Positions 19,351 through 29,355 are shown, counted from the first letter of the stretch. The stretch is DNA of 64,000 nucleotides from an uncultured Alphaproteobacteria bacterium (GCA_963794225.1 CAWCCS010000002.1:815547-879546), one strand, 5' to 3'. The notes: generated from the sequence alone by a model not told the origin. Program-made: numbers and translations.

Positions 19351-22035
19351 TCAGGCGGCTTGCGCCATGCGCTCGACAATTGCCCGCAGCTCCGGCACGC
19401 ACGAGCCGCAATTCGTGCCGGCACGCAACGCCCGGCCGATATCGGCGACATTGTCTGCGCCCGCCGCGATGGTCTCGCAGATTGCTGTAAGCCCGATGCC
19501 AAAGCAGGCGCAGATGACAGGGCCGACCTCGGCGATTCCGTCGCCGCTGCGGCCGGAAAGCAGCATGCGCCGCTCGTGTTCGGTCAGCGTACCCTTCTCG
19601 AACAGAGAGCGGACGACATCCCAGTGCGGTGGCGCGTGCTCCGGTCCCACAAAGATGCTGCCGTCGAGGCGCCCGGAGCAAAACGCGGCAATGCGGGTCA
19701 CCCCCCAAGACTGATCGACGTACTCCGCAAGCTCGGCGCCTTCCGGCATCAAACTGGGCGCAAGTTTATGCCAGACCGCCGGTGGTTCGTTGGTCGCAAA
19801 CAAAACGCCAAGGCCGCCTGCCACGGCTACGCGAGCAAGCCAGGTTTCCCTGGGCAGCGTGATCGCTCGACGCGTCAGCACAAAGCCGCGATAGGCGTAG
19901 GTCACAGGATTGATGCGCGCGGGAGTGGCCTTGGCCTCGGGCTGGCCGGAAACAGGATCGCTCGCCGGCGAAACCGCGTCGCCGACGCGGGCTTCAGTGG
20001 CCGTGGCGTCGCTCCAGTGTATCGGAGCAAAGATTGAGCCTCGTTGTTGGCCAGTGCGCACCGCAACTTTAAGGACCACATCGCCGTGCGGCGTCGTGAT
20101 CCTGGCGAAGCCGCCGTCGGCGAGTTTTGCCGTCTCCGCGTCGGCCGGATGCACCTCTACGAACGGTTCGGGTGAATGCGCGGACAGCCGCGGACTCGCT
20201 CCTGTGCGCGTCATTGTATGCCACTGATCGCGCACCCGTCCGGTGTTGAGACGCAACGGAAAGTCTTGGTTCGTTGCGGCGTGGAGCCGCGGCGGCTGTG
20301 GTGCAACGAAACGAGCACGGCGATTTTGCGTGAAAAAGCCGCCGGCACCGAAGAAGCGCCGCTCAAGCCTGGTCTCGCCGGCGCGTGCCGGCCACATTAC
20401 TGGATCCAGCGCCTCATAGGCCTCATCAGACAGCGACGCCAGTGCGCCAATATCGAAGTCACGCTCGCCGCCGTTCTCAAACGCGGAAAGCGCGGCATGC
20501 TCGCGGAACACGTCGGCTGCCGATCGATAATCAAACGCACTGCCGAAATTGAGACGCCGCGCCACCTCGCTGACGGCCCACCAGTCGGACTGCGCGTCGC
20601 CCGGCAGCGGCAGGAACGCGCGCTGCCGCGAAATTCGTCGTTCCGAGTTGGTAACGGTGCCGTCTTTTTCGCCCCAGGCCGCCGCGGGCAGCAACACCTG
20701 CGCCCCGGCATCGACGGTATCATTGCTTAAGACATTCTCGGAGACGACGAAGAGCTCAAGCTTCTTCAACGCGGCACGCATCGCGCCGGCGCGGGGCAGC
20801 GACACCGCCGGATTGGTCGCCATGACCCAGAGTGCTTTTATCGCTCCGCGCTCTATCGTTTCAAACATATCGACCGCTTTGAGGCCTTCGCCGGTCACGA
20901 GCCGCGGCGACTTCCAGAACCGGCGGACCCGATCGCGTTCCACCGGCGAAAAGCCCATGTGGGCGGCAAGCTGATTGGCGAGACCGCCCACTTCACGTCC
21001 GCCCATGGCGTTCGGCTGCCCGGTGAGCGAAAACGGTCCCATGCCCGGACGGCCGATGCGCGCGGTCGCAAGATGAACATTGATAATGGCGTTCACCTTG
21101 TCGGTGCCTTGCGCGGACTGATTGACGCCTTGCGAATAGCAGGTGACGACGCGCTCCGTGGCGCGAAAAAGCTCGAAGAACCGCGCGACATCCCCTTCGT
21201 CGAGCGCGGTTGCGTTGGCCGTTGCGGTCACGTCACCGGCGATCTCGCGGGCGCGCGCGAGCGTTTCATCAAATCCTGTCGTGTGCCGATTGATGTAACC
21301 GTGATCGAGTGATTGCGTGTCGGCGAGGTGCACAAGCAGACCACAGAACAGGGCGGCGTCCATGCCGGGGGCGACCGACAAAAACAGATCGGCGTCCTCG
21401 GCTGTCGCGGTTCGGCGCGGATCGATGACGATCAGTTTGGTGCCGCGCTCGGACTTCGCGCCCATGATGCGCTGGTAAAGCACCGGGTGGCACCATGCCG
21501 CGTTCGACCCGACCAGCACCACGAGGTCGGCGTCATCGAGATCACGATAGACGCCGGGTACGGTATCGGCGCCGAAAGCGCGGCGGTGACCGGCGACCGA
21601 CGACGCCATGCACAAACGAGAATTGGTGTCGACATTGGCCGAGCCGAGAAAGCCTTTCATCAGCTTGTTGGCGACGTAATAGTCCTCGGTCAGTAACTGC
21701 CCCGACAGATAGAACGCGATTGCATTCGGCCCATCACGATCGACAATGGCGCGTATTCCGCTGGCGACCGTATCGAGCGCCTTATTCCAATCGACGCGAG
21801 CCAGCGAACCGTCGGCCTGCCGCAGCATCGGATGCAGCAGGCGCTGATCGAGCGCGAGCGTCTCGCCAAGCGCGGCGCCCTTCGAGCACAGCCGCCCAAA
21901 ATTCGCCGGGTGCGCGGGATCACCTGTAATCGTTGCGCCGCCCCTACCGTCCGGCTCCGCCAGCACGCCACAGCCGACGCCGCAGTAGGGACACGTCGTT
22001 CGCACGGCGTGGGAGTTTGGAAGCAGCGCGTTCAT
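19351..22035 (-). CDS. nasC: Assimilatory nitrate reductase catalytic subunit (molybdopterin oxidoreductase with C-terminal BFD-like 2Fe-2S domain)
   Basis: Starts MNALLPNSHAVRTTCPYCGVGCGV (4Fe-4S motif), then a MopB fold. The C-terminus is CACFGIG...GTNCGSCVPEL. The track start at 22152 would overlap the upstream gene, and ATG 22035 leaves a 20-nt gap. Confidence 0.9.
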   Translation of the reverse strand: MNALLPNSHAVRTTCPYCGVGCGVLAEPDGRGGATITGDPAHPANFGRLCSKGAALGETLALDQRLLHPMLRQADGSLARVDWNKALDTVASGIRAIVDRDGPNAIAFYLSGQLLTEDYYVANKLMKGFLGSANVDTNSRLCMASSVAGHRRAFGADTVPGVYRDLDDADLVVLVGSNAAWCHPVLYQRIMGAKSERGTKLIVIDPRRTATAEDADLFLSVAPGMDAALFCGLLVHLADTQSLDHGYINRHTTGFDETLARAREIAGDVTATANATALDEGDVARFFELFRATERVVTCYSQGVNQSAQGTDKVNAIINVHLATARIGRPGMGPFSLTGQPNAMGGREVGGLANQLAAHMGFSPVERDRVRRFWKSPRLVTGEGLKAVDMFETIERGAIKALWVMATNPAVSLPRAGAMRAALKKLELFVVSENVLSNDTVDAGAQVLLPAAAWGEKDGTVTNSERRISRQRAFLPLPGDAQSDWWAVSEVARRLNFGSAFDYRSAADVFREHAALSAFENGGERDFDIGALASLSDEAYEALDPVMWPARAGETRLERRFFGAGGFFTQNRRARFVAPQPPRLHAATNQDFPLRLNTGRVRDQWHTMTRTGASPRLSAHSPEPFVEVHPADAETAKLADGGFARITTPHGDVVLKVAVRTGQQRGSIFAPIHWSDATATEARVGDAVSPASDPVSGQPEAKATPARINPVTYAYRGFVLTRRAITLPRETWLARVAVAGGLGVLFATNEPPAVWHKLAPSLMPEGAELAEYVDQSWGVTRIAAFCSGRLDGSIFVGPEHAPPHWDVVRSLFEKGTLTEHERRMLLSGRSGDGIAEVGPVICACFGIGLTAICETIAAGADNVADIGRALRAGTNCGSCVPELRAIVERMAQAA

Positions 22036-22055
22036 AGGCGTGGCGGATACCGGCG

Positions 22056-23270
22056 TCACGCGGCGCGGCGTTCGGCCAGCGCGCGGCCAAAAACAATCTC
22101 GTGGCGGAACGGCTCGATCACGGCGCCGGTGCGGATAAGATCGAGATACCACGGCGCGTCGGTTGTATCACCAAAGAGCACTGCGCCAGCCAGATGTCCG
22201 TCAGACACAATGAGCTTCTTGTAAGTACCGAGACCCGGATCGGCGAATACGATCGATTCAGTACCGGCTGCGCCGAGAAAATCGCCGGCAGAGAACACCT
22301 GCACCCCGGAGACCTTAAGGTTGGTGGCGTTGACGCTCCCGTCGTACTTTGCGTTATGTCCTGCGAACCGCTCGGCAAGCACGCGCGCCTGGTCGTAAGC
22401 GGGCTCAACCAGTCCGTAGCAGACGCCGCGATGCTCGGCGCATTCGCCGATGGCGAAAATGTCGGCGGTGTTGCTCGATAAATGATCGTCCACGACGATG
22501 CCGCGGTTCACCGCAAGACCCGCCGCGTTCGCAAGCTCTGCATTCGGTTTGATGCCGACGGCGACGACGACCATTTCCGCCGCGATGATACGGCCATCCT
22601 TAAATTCAACCGCTTCCACGCGCCCATTGCCGACAAAACGGCTGGTCGCGACTTCAAGCAGAACCTCGACACCCTTGGCCTCGACTGCGCGCTTGAGGAG
22701 AGCGGCGGCGCGCGCGTCGAGCTGGCGCTCCATCAGCCGATCCATCAGGTGAACGAGCGTGACCGTGGCGCCGGCTTTGGCGAGACCATACGCTGCTTCA
22801 ATACCCAAGAGCCCGCCGCCGACCACGACGACGCGCGTGCCGCGACGCGCCGCCCCAGCAATCGATTCAACGTCGGCCATATCGCGGAAGGTGAGCACGC
22901 CACGCAGATCGCCGCCCCCCACGGGCAGACGGATGGCGCGCGAACCGGTTGCAAAGACGAGCTTGGTGAAGTTGAGCATTTTACCGTCGTCGAGCGTTAC
23001 GGTGCGCTCCCTGGTGTCGACCGCCGTCGCGGCGGCGCCATAGCGCAACGTCACACCGCGGTCGCGCCACCAGGTTGCCGGCTTCAATAAAGTCTCGCTC
23101 GCCGGCACGTCGCCCGCGAGCACTGAAGACAGCAGGATGCGGTTGTACGCGAGTTGCGGCTCGGCGCCGATGACGGCGATCGCGTAACGGCCGAGCGCGC
23201 GTTGCGCGAGTTCGGCGCAAAGCCGCGCGGCTGCCATGCCGTTGCCGACGATGACGAGCGGCTCACTCAC
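22056..23270 (-). CDS. flp: FAD-dependent NAD(P)H oxidoreductase (NirB N-terminal-like; Flp-type electron donor for NasC)
   Basis: 404 aa with two dinucleotide folds (VIVGNGMAAARL, VVVVGGGLLGIEAA). Its position between the globin and nasC matches the Bradyrhizobium narK-bjgb-flp-nasC operon. Confidence 0.85.
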   Translation of the reverse strand: MSEPLVIVGNGMAAARLCAELAQRALGRYAIAVIGAEPQLAYNRILLSSVLAGDVPASETLLKPATWWRDRGVTLRYGAAATAVDTRERTVTLDDGKMLNFTKLVFATGSRAIRLPVGGGDLRGVLTFRDMADVESIAGAARRGTRVVVVGGGLLGIEAAYGLAKAGATVTLVHLMDRLMERQLDARAAALLKRAVEAKGVEVLLEVATSRFVGNGRVEAVEFKDGRIIAAEMVVVAVGIKPNAELANAAGLAVNRGIVVDDHLSSNTADIFAIGECAEHRGVCYGLVEPAYDQARVLAERFAGHNAKYDGSVNATNLKVSGVQVFSAGDFLGAAGTESIVFADPGLGTYKKLIVSDGHLAGAVLFGDTTDAPWYLDLIRTGAVIEPFRHEIVFGRALAERRAA

Positions 23271-23279
23271 GCTAATCTC

Positions 23280-23705
23280 TCATTCGGCAGCGGCGCTGCG
23301 GCCATAGGCCTCCCCGATCATGTATTCGGACAACACCGAGTACGCGTCGCCCCAAGCGGCGGCGAGATCCGGCGTCCAGCCATCGCCGAGGCCGCGTTCC
23401 AGCGTCCACAACAGTGCCGCACCCACCGGCGTGTAATCGGCGGCTTTCACGCCGTAGTCGACGTGGCGCTTGGCCAGCGCGCTCGCTGCCGGCAGGACCG
23501 CTTCGAGATTGCCGAGACCGTTGACGACAACGGCGAGCGTGGCCATCAGTTTGCGCCCTTGCTCCTTCATGTCACCGCGAAACAACGGTTTGACGGCGGG
23601 CGCGATCTCAAACAGCCGCCCGTAGAACAAGGCGGCGGCCTGTTCGGAGATCGGTATGACTTTCGCAAAGCTTTCTTAAATCGCCTTAACCTGGTTCGGT
23701 GTCAT
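23280..23705 (-). pseudogene. bjgb: Single-domain haemoglobin (Bjgb-like) interrupted by an in-frame TAA at codon 10
   Basis: From ATG 23705 (SD AGGAG 7 nt upstream) the frame reads MTPNQVKAI*ESFAKVIPISEQAAALFYGRLFEIAPAVKPLFRGDMKEQGRKLMATL...KRHVDYGV. The stop codon is at 23676..23678. The track only lists the part from TTG 23630. Confidence 0.65.
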
Positions 23706-23742
23706 CAGATGCTCCTGTCTTTCCCGGCATGCTGATCACGTT

Positions 23743-23788
23743 GCTTTATGCGGTTCGAAGTTTTGGCTTTATGCGGTTCGAAGTTTCG
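23743..23788. repeat. Tandem duplication of a 23-nt unit (GCTTTATGCGGTTCGAAGTTTTG / ...TTTCG) in the narK-globin spacer
   Basis: Read directly; 22/23 positions are identical and each unit contains the palindrome TTCGAA. Confidence 0.9.
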
Positions 23789-23802
23789 GATTCAGGTGCT
23801 TC

Positions 23803-25188
23803 TCAGATGCGTGCCTCCGCGAGACTTGCAGCGCTCGGTGAAAGAAAGGTCTTGCGCAGGTAGTACCACCAGGTCAGCGCAAGGCAGGTGGCGTAGAATG
23901 CGAGATAGATCTCCAGTGCCAGATACGGACCGCCGGTCGCGGCAATCGAAGCGCCGAAGCCGCGCGGAATCAGGTAGCCGCCACAGGCACCGATCGCGCC
24001 AATAAATCCAAGCGCCGCGGCGCTCTCGATGCTCGACGTCTTCAAGGCCAGCGTCCGGCCGGCTTCGCCCGAGCCCTTTGCTCCGCGAAGCGCTTCTTCC
24101 CGGAAGATCGACGGGATCATCCGGTAGGTCGAACCGTTGCCAATTCCGGTCGTGACGAAGAGAACGAGGAACGCCGTCAGGAAGCCGGCGAAATCCTTCA
24201 CCTCGACAAAATACATGACGCCGATCGTGGCTGCGCCCATGGCGATAAAATTCCAAAAGGTCACAACTGCTCCGCCGACCTTGTCGGCAAGCAACCCGCC
24301 CAACGGGCGAACGAGGGAGCCCACCAACGGCCCCAAGAAGGCGACGCCAACCGTGACGGCGGGAAATTGGGTCTTTATCAGCAGCGGAAATGCCGCCGAA
24401 TAACCGATGAACGAACCAAACGTGCCAACATAGATGTAGGACATGATCCAGGTGTGCTTGCGCCCGACGATCGCGAGTTGATCCCTGAATGTCGAACGCG
24501 CCGTCGAAAGGTTGTTCATGAAGAAGACGGCGCCGAGCACCGCAATAGCGAGCGGCAGCAACCACATCAGCCCGGCGTTCTGAAGATAGATGCCGCCCGC
24601 GCCTGGCGTCGCTAGATACAAATTGACAACGCCGACGCCCATCAAAATCGGCGTCAGCAACTGCACGCTACTGACGCCGATGTTTCCGCCGGCAGCGTTC
24701 AAGCCGAGCGCCCAGCCTTTCATGCGCTCGGGATAAAAGAACGAGATGTTCGCCATGCTGGAGGCGAAGTTACCGCCGCCGAGACCTGCCGTTGCCGACA
24801 CCAACAGCATTTGCCAGTACGGCGTGTCGGGCTGCGTGACGAAATACGCCAGCGCGAGCGTCGGGACGAACAGCGCCGCCGCGCTAAAAATTGTCCAGTT
24901 TCGGCCGCCAAACATCGTGACCGCAAACGTGTAGGGAAACCGCATCAGCGAGCCGATCAGCCCGGGCAAGGCCACGAGCTGAAAGAGTTGATCCGTCGTG
25001 TAGTGAAAACCGGCCTGCGGCAATTTGGTCGCGACAATGCTCCAGGTTAGCCAGATCGAGAAACCGATGTGCTCGGCAACGATCGACCAAATAAGGTTAC
25101 GCCGGGCGATGGATTTGCCAGTCAACTCCCAAAACTTGTGATCATCAGGATTCCATTGCGAAATCCAGGTCGCATTTCGCCTGCTCAT
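23803..25188 (-). CDS. narK: MFS nitrate/nitrite transporter NarK
   Basis: Starts MSRRNATWISQWNPDDHKFW. It has a 12-TM MFS profile and a glycine-rich nitrate/nitrite-porter-like segment (GLGGGNFASSMANISFFYP). The 26 codons upstream in the track ORF cover the leader terminator and are not coding. Confidence 0.9.
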   Translation of the reverse strand: MSRRNATWISQWNPDDHKFWELTGKSIARRNLIWSIVAEHIGFSIWLTWSIVATKLPQAGFHYTTDQLFQLVALPGLIGSLMRFPYTFAVTMFGGRNWTIFSAAALFVPTLALAYFVTQPDTPYWQMLLVSATAGLGGGNFASSMANISFFYPERMKGWALGLNAAGGNIGVSSVQLLTPILMGVGVVNLYLATPGAGGIYLQNAGLMWLLPLAIAVLGAVFFMNNLSTARSTFRDQLAIVGRKHTWIMSYIYVGTFGSFIGYSAAFPLLIKTQFPAVTVGVAFLGPLVGSLVRPLGGLLADKVGGAVVTFWNFIAMGAATIGVMYFVEVKDFAGFLTAFLVLFVTTGIGNGSTYRMIPSIFREEALRGAKGSGEAGRTLALKTSSIESAAALGFIGAIGACGGYLIPRGFGASIAATGGPYLALEIYLAFYATCLALTWWYYLRKTFLSPSAASLAEARI

Positions 25189-25214
25189 GCGAGTTCCTTT
25201 TGTCTCCACCGACA

Positions 25215-25252
25215 CCAAAACCAAACAAAAACGCCGCTCCGGGAGGAGCGGC
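25215..25252 (-). terminator. Intrinsic terminator in the narK leader (probable NasT/ANTAR antitermination target)
   Basis: The minus-sense RNA reads GCCGCUCC-UCCC-GGAGCGGC followed by GUUUUUGUUUGGUUUUGG. It ends about 27 nt before the narK ATG. Confidence 0.75.
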
Positions 25253-25343
25253 TGGCGCTTCTCCACGGACAGCGGCGTTGCTGTTGGTCCGTCGTCAGAC
25301 CTTTTTGGCGGCGCGACCGCGCCCTTTATCCTCCGCTTGGTAA

Positions 25344-25359
25344 TTCAAGCTTCATGCCA
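25344..25359 (-). promoter_or_regulatory. Candidate sigma-54 (-24/-12) promoter of the narK operon
   Basis: The minus-sense sequence is TGGCAT-GAAGC-TTGAA against the consensus TGGCAC-N5-TTGCW. The GG-N10 spacing is correct, but the -12 GC is GA. It lies about 90 nt upstream of the leader terminator. Confidence 0.3.
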
Positions 25360-25420
25360 AGCCTGGCCTGCAATAAAAGATGCGGAAAACCAGCATGTTA
25401 GCCGCGGCCCCGACTGGGCG

Positions 25421-25473
25421 CTAAAACCGGCAATGCACGCCGCCTCCGCAGGATGCGGAAATATTGTGCATTG
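25421..25473 (-). terminator. Two-tier hairpin plus short U-tract downstream of nasS
   Basis: The minus-sense sequence is CAATGCAC-aatatt-TCCGCA-tcc-TGCGGA-ggcggc-GTGCATTG followed by CCGGTTTTAG, directly after the nasS stop. Confidence 0.45.
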
Positions 25474-25479
25474 CAGCAG

Positions 25480-26652
25480 TCAAACGCGCCACAACGGCAC
25501 TTTGCCCATACTGGCGTAGCGGGAAATGTTGTCGGCCTCGAAGGGTGGACCAAAGAACGCGCCGATGCGGTCCGCCGGCAAATTCGGCGCCTCGACACTT
25601 TCGCCAAACACCGCGTCGTAAAGGTCCGGCCGAAAGCACGTCTTGGCGGCGTTGAGGAGTGCAATTGACTGCGGCGCCTGCTTCCATCGCGCCATTTGCG
25701 CGTAAAGCCAGGCGGCGTGCGCCGGATCAGGGCGCGCGGCGCCATCACGGCCAATCTGGATATAGCGCGGGACGGCGAGCACGGGACCGTCAATGGCACG
25801 ACGCAATCTGCCCTCGATTGTTGAACGGACCAGTTCAGGCGCCACTCCGAGGCGGTTTGGCGCAGCAAGGAGCCTGGCAACCTCGTCGAGGTTGGCGGGA
25901 TCGTTGATGAAGTCCGCCGCGCGGCTGATGGCGCGCAGCAGCCGGCGGAGCGCATCGGCGCGATTTGCCGCCCAGTTCGCGCGCACGGCCAAAACTTTCT
26001 CCGGAGCGCGAGCGATAATATCGCATCCGAAATGAAGGATACGTCCAATACCGAGTTCGACCGCGAGCGAATTCCACGGTGCGCCGACGCAGAAGCCGTC
26101 CACTTGTCGGCTGGCAAGGCTATCCACCATGTAGGGCGGCGGCAGCACCACCAGCCGCACATCCTCATCCGGATTGATGCCGCCGGCAGCCATCCAGAGA
26201 CGCAGCTGATAATTGTGCGTCGAGAACGGAAAGGTCATGCCGAAAGTCAGCGCCTCCTCGCCACGTGTGCGACGCGCGGCAATAACGCGGCCGAGTGCGC
26301 GCGCCGAACTGACCGGATCGGCAAGATCGCCGACCGCGGCGCCGGCAAGCGCCTCGTGCAGGCCAGGCGATACCGTGATGGCGTTGCCGTTGAGCCCGAG
26401 CATCATCGGCACGATGAGCGGCATTTTGAGGTGGCCGGCGCCGAGACTTGATGCGATGGCGAGTGGGGCCAGGAGGTGCGCCGCGTCGAACAGGCCAATG
26501 TTCAGCTTATCACGCACATTCGACCATGAAACCTCCCGCACCAGGTCGATCGCCAAGCCTTCCGCCGCAGAGAAACCCTTGTCGACCGCGATCGTTAACG
26601 CTGCCGCATCGGCGAGTGGTATGAACCCGATCCGCAGCCGATCCTCATTCAT
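25480..26652 (-). CDS. nasS: Cytoplasmic NrtA/CmpA-like nitrate/nitrite-binding sensor NasS
   Basis: 390 aa with no signal peptide. Starts LRIGFIPLADAAALTIAVDKGF..., typical of the NrtA-type binding fold. It overlaps nasT by 4 nt. Confidence 0.85.
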   Translation of the reverse strand: MNEDRLRIGFIPLADAAALTIAVDKGFSAAEGLAIDLVREVSWSNVRDKLNIGLFDAAHLLAPLAIASSLGAGHLKMPLIVPMMLGLNGNAITVSPGLHEALAGAAVGDLADPVSSARALGRVIAARRTRGEEALTFGMTFPFSTHNYQLRLWMAAGGINPDEDVRLVVLPPPYMVDSLASRQVDGFCVGAPWNSLAVELGIGRILHFGCDIIARAPEKVLAVRANWAANRADALRRLLRAISRAADFINDPANLDEVARLLAAPNRLGVAPELVRSTIEGRLRRAIDGPVLAVPRYIQIGRDGAARPDPAHAAWLYAQMARWKQAPQSIALLNAAKTCFRPDLYDAVFGESVEAPNLPADRIGAFFGPPFEADNISRYASMGKVPLWRV

Positions 26653-27233
26653 TTGAGCAGTTCCGCTGCGGTAACGACGGATTGAGCAACCTCTGCGATT
26701 TTCTTGTTCTCGCTCATGGCGGTCTTGCGGAGCAACGTATAAGCGTCAGCCTCGCCTATCTCGCGTGCCTTCATGAGAATGCCTTTGGCGCGGTCGATCA
26801 CTTTGCGTTCGCTCAGTGCGGTCTGCGCGCGTTCAAGCTCGTCTTGCAGACGCGCAAAAGCGTGAAAGCGTGAGATGCAGAGATCAAGAATGCTCTTGAT
26901 CCGCTCTTTCTTGAGCCCGTCGACGATGTAAGCGGAAACACCGGCGTCGACGGCAGCTTCAATGGCGGCGGTGTCGCTCTGGTCGACGAACATAGCGACA
27001 GGTCGCTTCACCACGCGGCTGACCTGGAACATTTGCGCGAGCACATCGCGACTTGGATTTTCCAAATCGATCAGAATGACGTCCGGATCGATAGCGTAGA
27101 CGTTGGCGAGGAGATTGCGCGTTTCTTTAATGTGGGTGACTTGCCGATAGCCGGCCTCATTCAGCCCGTCGGCAAGGATGACAGCGCGGACCGGATTTTC
27201 GTCGACAATGACGATTTTGATAGCGAGAGCCAT
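26649..27233 (-). CDS. nasT: ANTAR-domain response regulator NasT (RNA-binding antiterminator)
   Basis: Starts MALAIKIVIVDENPVRA (receiver domain). The C-terminal ANTAR block is LSERKVIDRAKGILMKAREIGEADAYTLLRKTAMSENKKIAEVAQSVV. The track start at 27344 adds 37 non-conserved codons. Confidence 0.9.
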   Translation of the reverse strand: MALAIKIVIVDENPVRAVILADGLNEAGYRQVTHIKETRNLLANVYAIDPDVILIDLENPSRDVLAQMFQVSRVVKRPVAMFVDQSDTAAIEAAVDAGVSAYIVDGLKKERIKSILDLCISRFHAFARLQDELERAQTALSERKVIDRAKGILMKAREIGEADAYTLLRKTAMSENKKIAEVAQSVVTAAELLK

Positions 27234-27365
27234 GTGCGAGGAGGGCCCTGGCGGTTCCGGCCAACTTGAATTCGAGCACGTCTTCGCTGTTCCCGTCGTT
27301 CGTCCTGCGAAACCTCTGGCCTTAGCGCGCAGGCAAGACCTCATCGCGGATTTCGTCTCGTACTA

Positions 27366-27381
27366 TGCAAGAGATGTTCCA
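27366..27381 (-). promoter_or_regulatory. Candidate sigma-54 (-24/-12) promoter upstream of nasT-nasS
   Basis: The minus-sense sequence is TGGAAC-ATCTC-TTGCAT with correct GG-N10-GC spacing. There is one mismatch to TGGCAC-N5-TTGCW. It lies about 135 nt upstream of the nasT ATG. Confidence 0.45.
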
Positions 27382-27502
27382 AAACAGAGCCGTCCCAGCG
27401 AAATTTCCGGCGATTATGATTCAGTTGGGTTTTGAACGCCGAAGCCATTGCCCGACAGCCACCAGATCGTGATGGCCGCCGCAATAATTGGCGCTAACGG
27501 GC

Positions 27503-27533
27503 AAGCATTAAGGGCGCGCGCGAATGCGCGCCC
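27503..27533 (-). terminator. GC-rich hairpin downstream of the DUF2147 gene
   Basis: The minus-sense sequence is GGGCGCGC-ATTCGC-GCGCGCCC followed by UUAAUGCUU (a weak U tail). A second hairpin, AGGCGGATAC..GTATCCGCCT, spans the stop codon. Confidence 0.4.
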
Positions 27534-27556
27534 AAGCCACGATCAGGCGGATACGC

Positions 27557-27997
27557 TTACTGTATCCGCCTCATGTTCTGACCGCCGCAAATACCGGCAC
27601 AGCCTTCGACCCTGATCGTATTGGGATCGACTTCAAGAATATGCCCCGCATAGGTTTGGCCGTTGTCGGCATTATAGAGCGATCCCGACCACTTTCCCGG
27701 CCCATCCGGGGCCATGGCAAAGACCTCAACACCGGTTAACGGTCGGCCACGTTTGCCTGGATCAGGATTGTTCTTGTCAGTCCACGGCGCGCCAGTTGAC
27801 GGATCAATTTGCGATTTGGGGCTTGCGATGATTGCACACACCCCGCCGCCGCAGTTCGTGACGCGCACCTTCGCGCCATCCTGCGCCAGCCAAAGACCTT
27901 TCGGATCGGCCTGCGCCGTAACAACCATTGCTGAGAGAGCGAGAGCGGATACGTTACAAAGCGTGGATAATTTCATAGGAGTCCTGCCGGATTTCAC
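27557..27997 (-). CDS. DUF2147-domain secreted protein
   Basis: A signal peptide is followed by DPKGLWLAQDGAKVRVTNCGGGVCAII...WSGSLYNADNGQTYAGHILEVDPNTIRVEGC. Confidence 0.75.
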   Translation of the reverse strand: MKSGRTPMKLSTLCNVSALALSAMVVTAQADPKGLWLAQDGAKVRVTNCGGGVCAIIASPKSQIDPSTGAPWTDKNNPDPGKRGRPLTGVEVFAMAPDGPGKWSGSLYNADNGQTYAGHILEVDPNTIRVEGCAGICGGQNMRRIQ

Positions 27998-28115
27998 ATC
28001 TGTCGAATAAACGCTCGCAGATTACCCTGGTTCCGATTTGGAACCCTCCAGGTGGGTCCAGGAGCGACGAATATTCCGAAGTTCCAAAGCAGCGAAACCG
28101 CGGCAAACTTAAGGC

Positions 28116-29355
<1,240 letters not shown>

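Noticed and set aside
18465-20037. Cluster of long overlapping ORFs: 345 aa and 234 aa on the minus strand, 223 aa and 306 aa on the plus strand.
   Set aside because: All are out-of-frame or antisense shadows of the MetE-like gene and nasC, both of which carry clear family motifs.
22036-22152. N-terminal extension of nasC (track start 22152), which would make a 933-aa protein overlapping the upstream oxidoreductase gene by about 100 nt.
   Set aside because: The extension is Arg/Pro-rich and unlike protein. The ATG at 22035 gives the standard MNALL...CPYCGVGCG N-terminus and a 20-nt intergenic gap.
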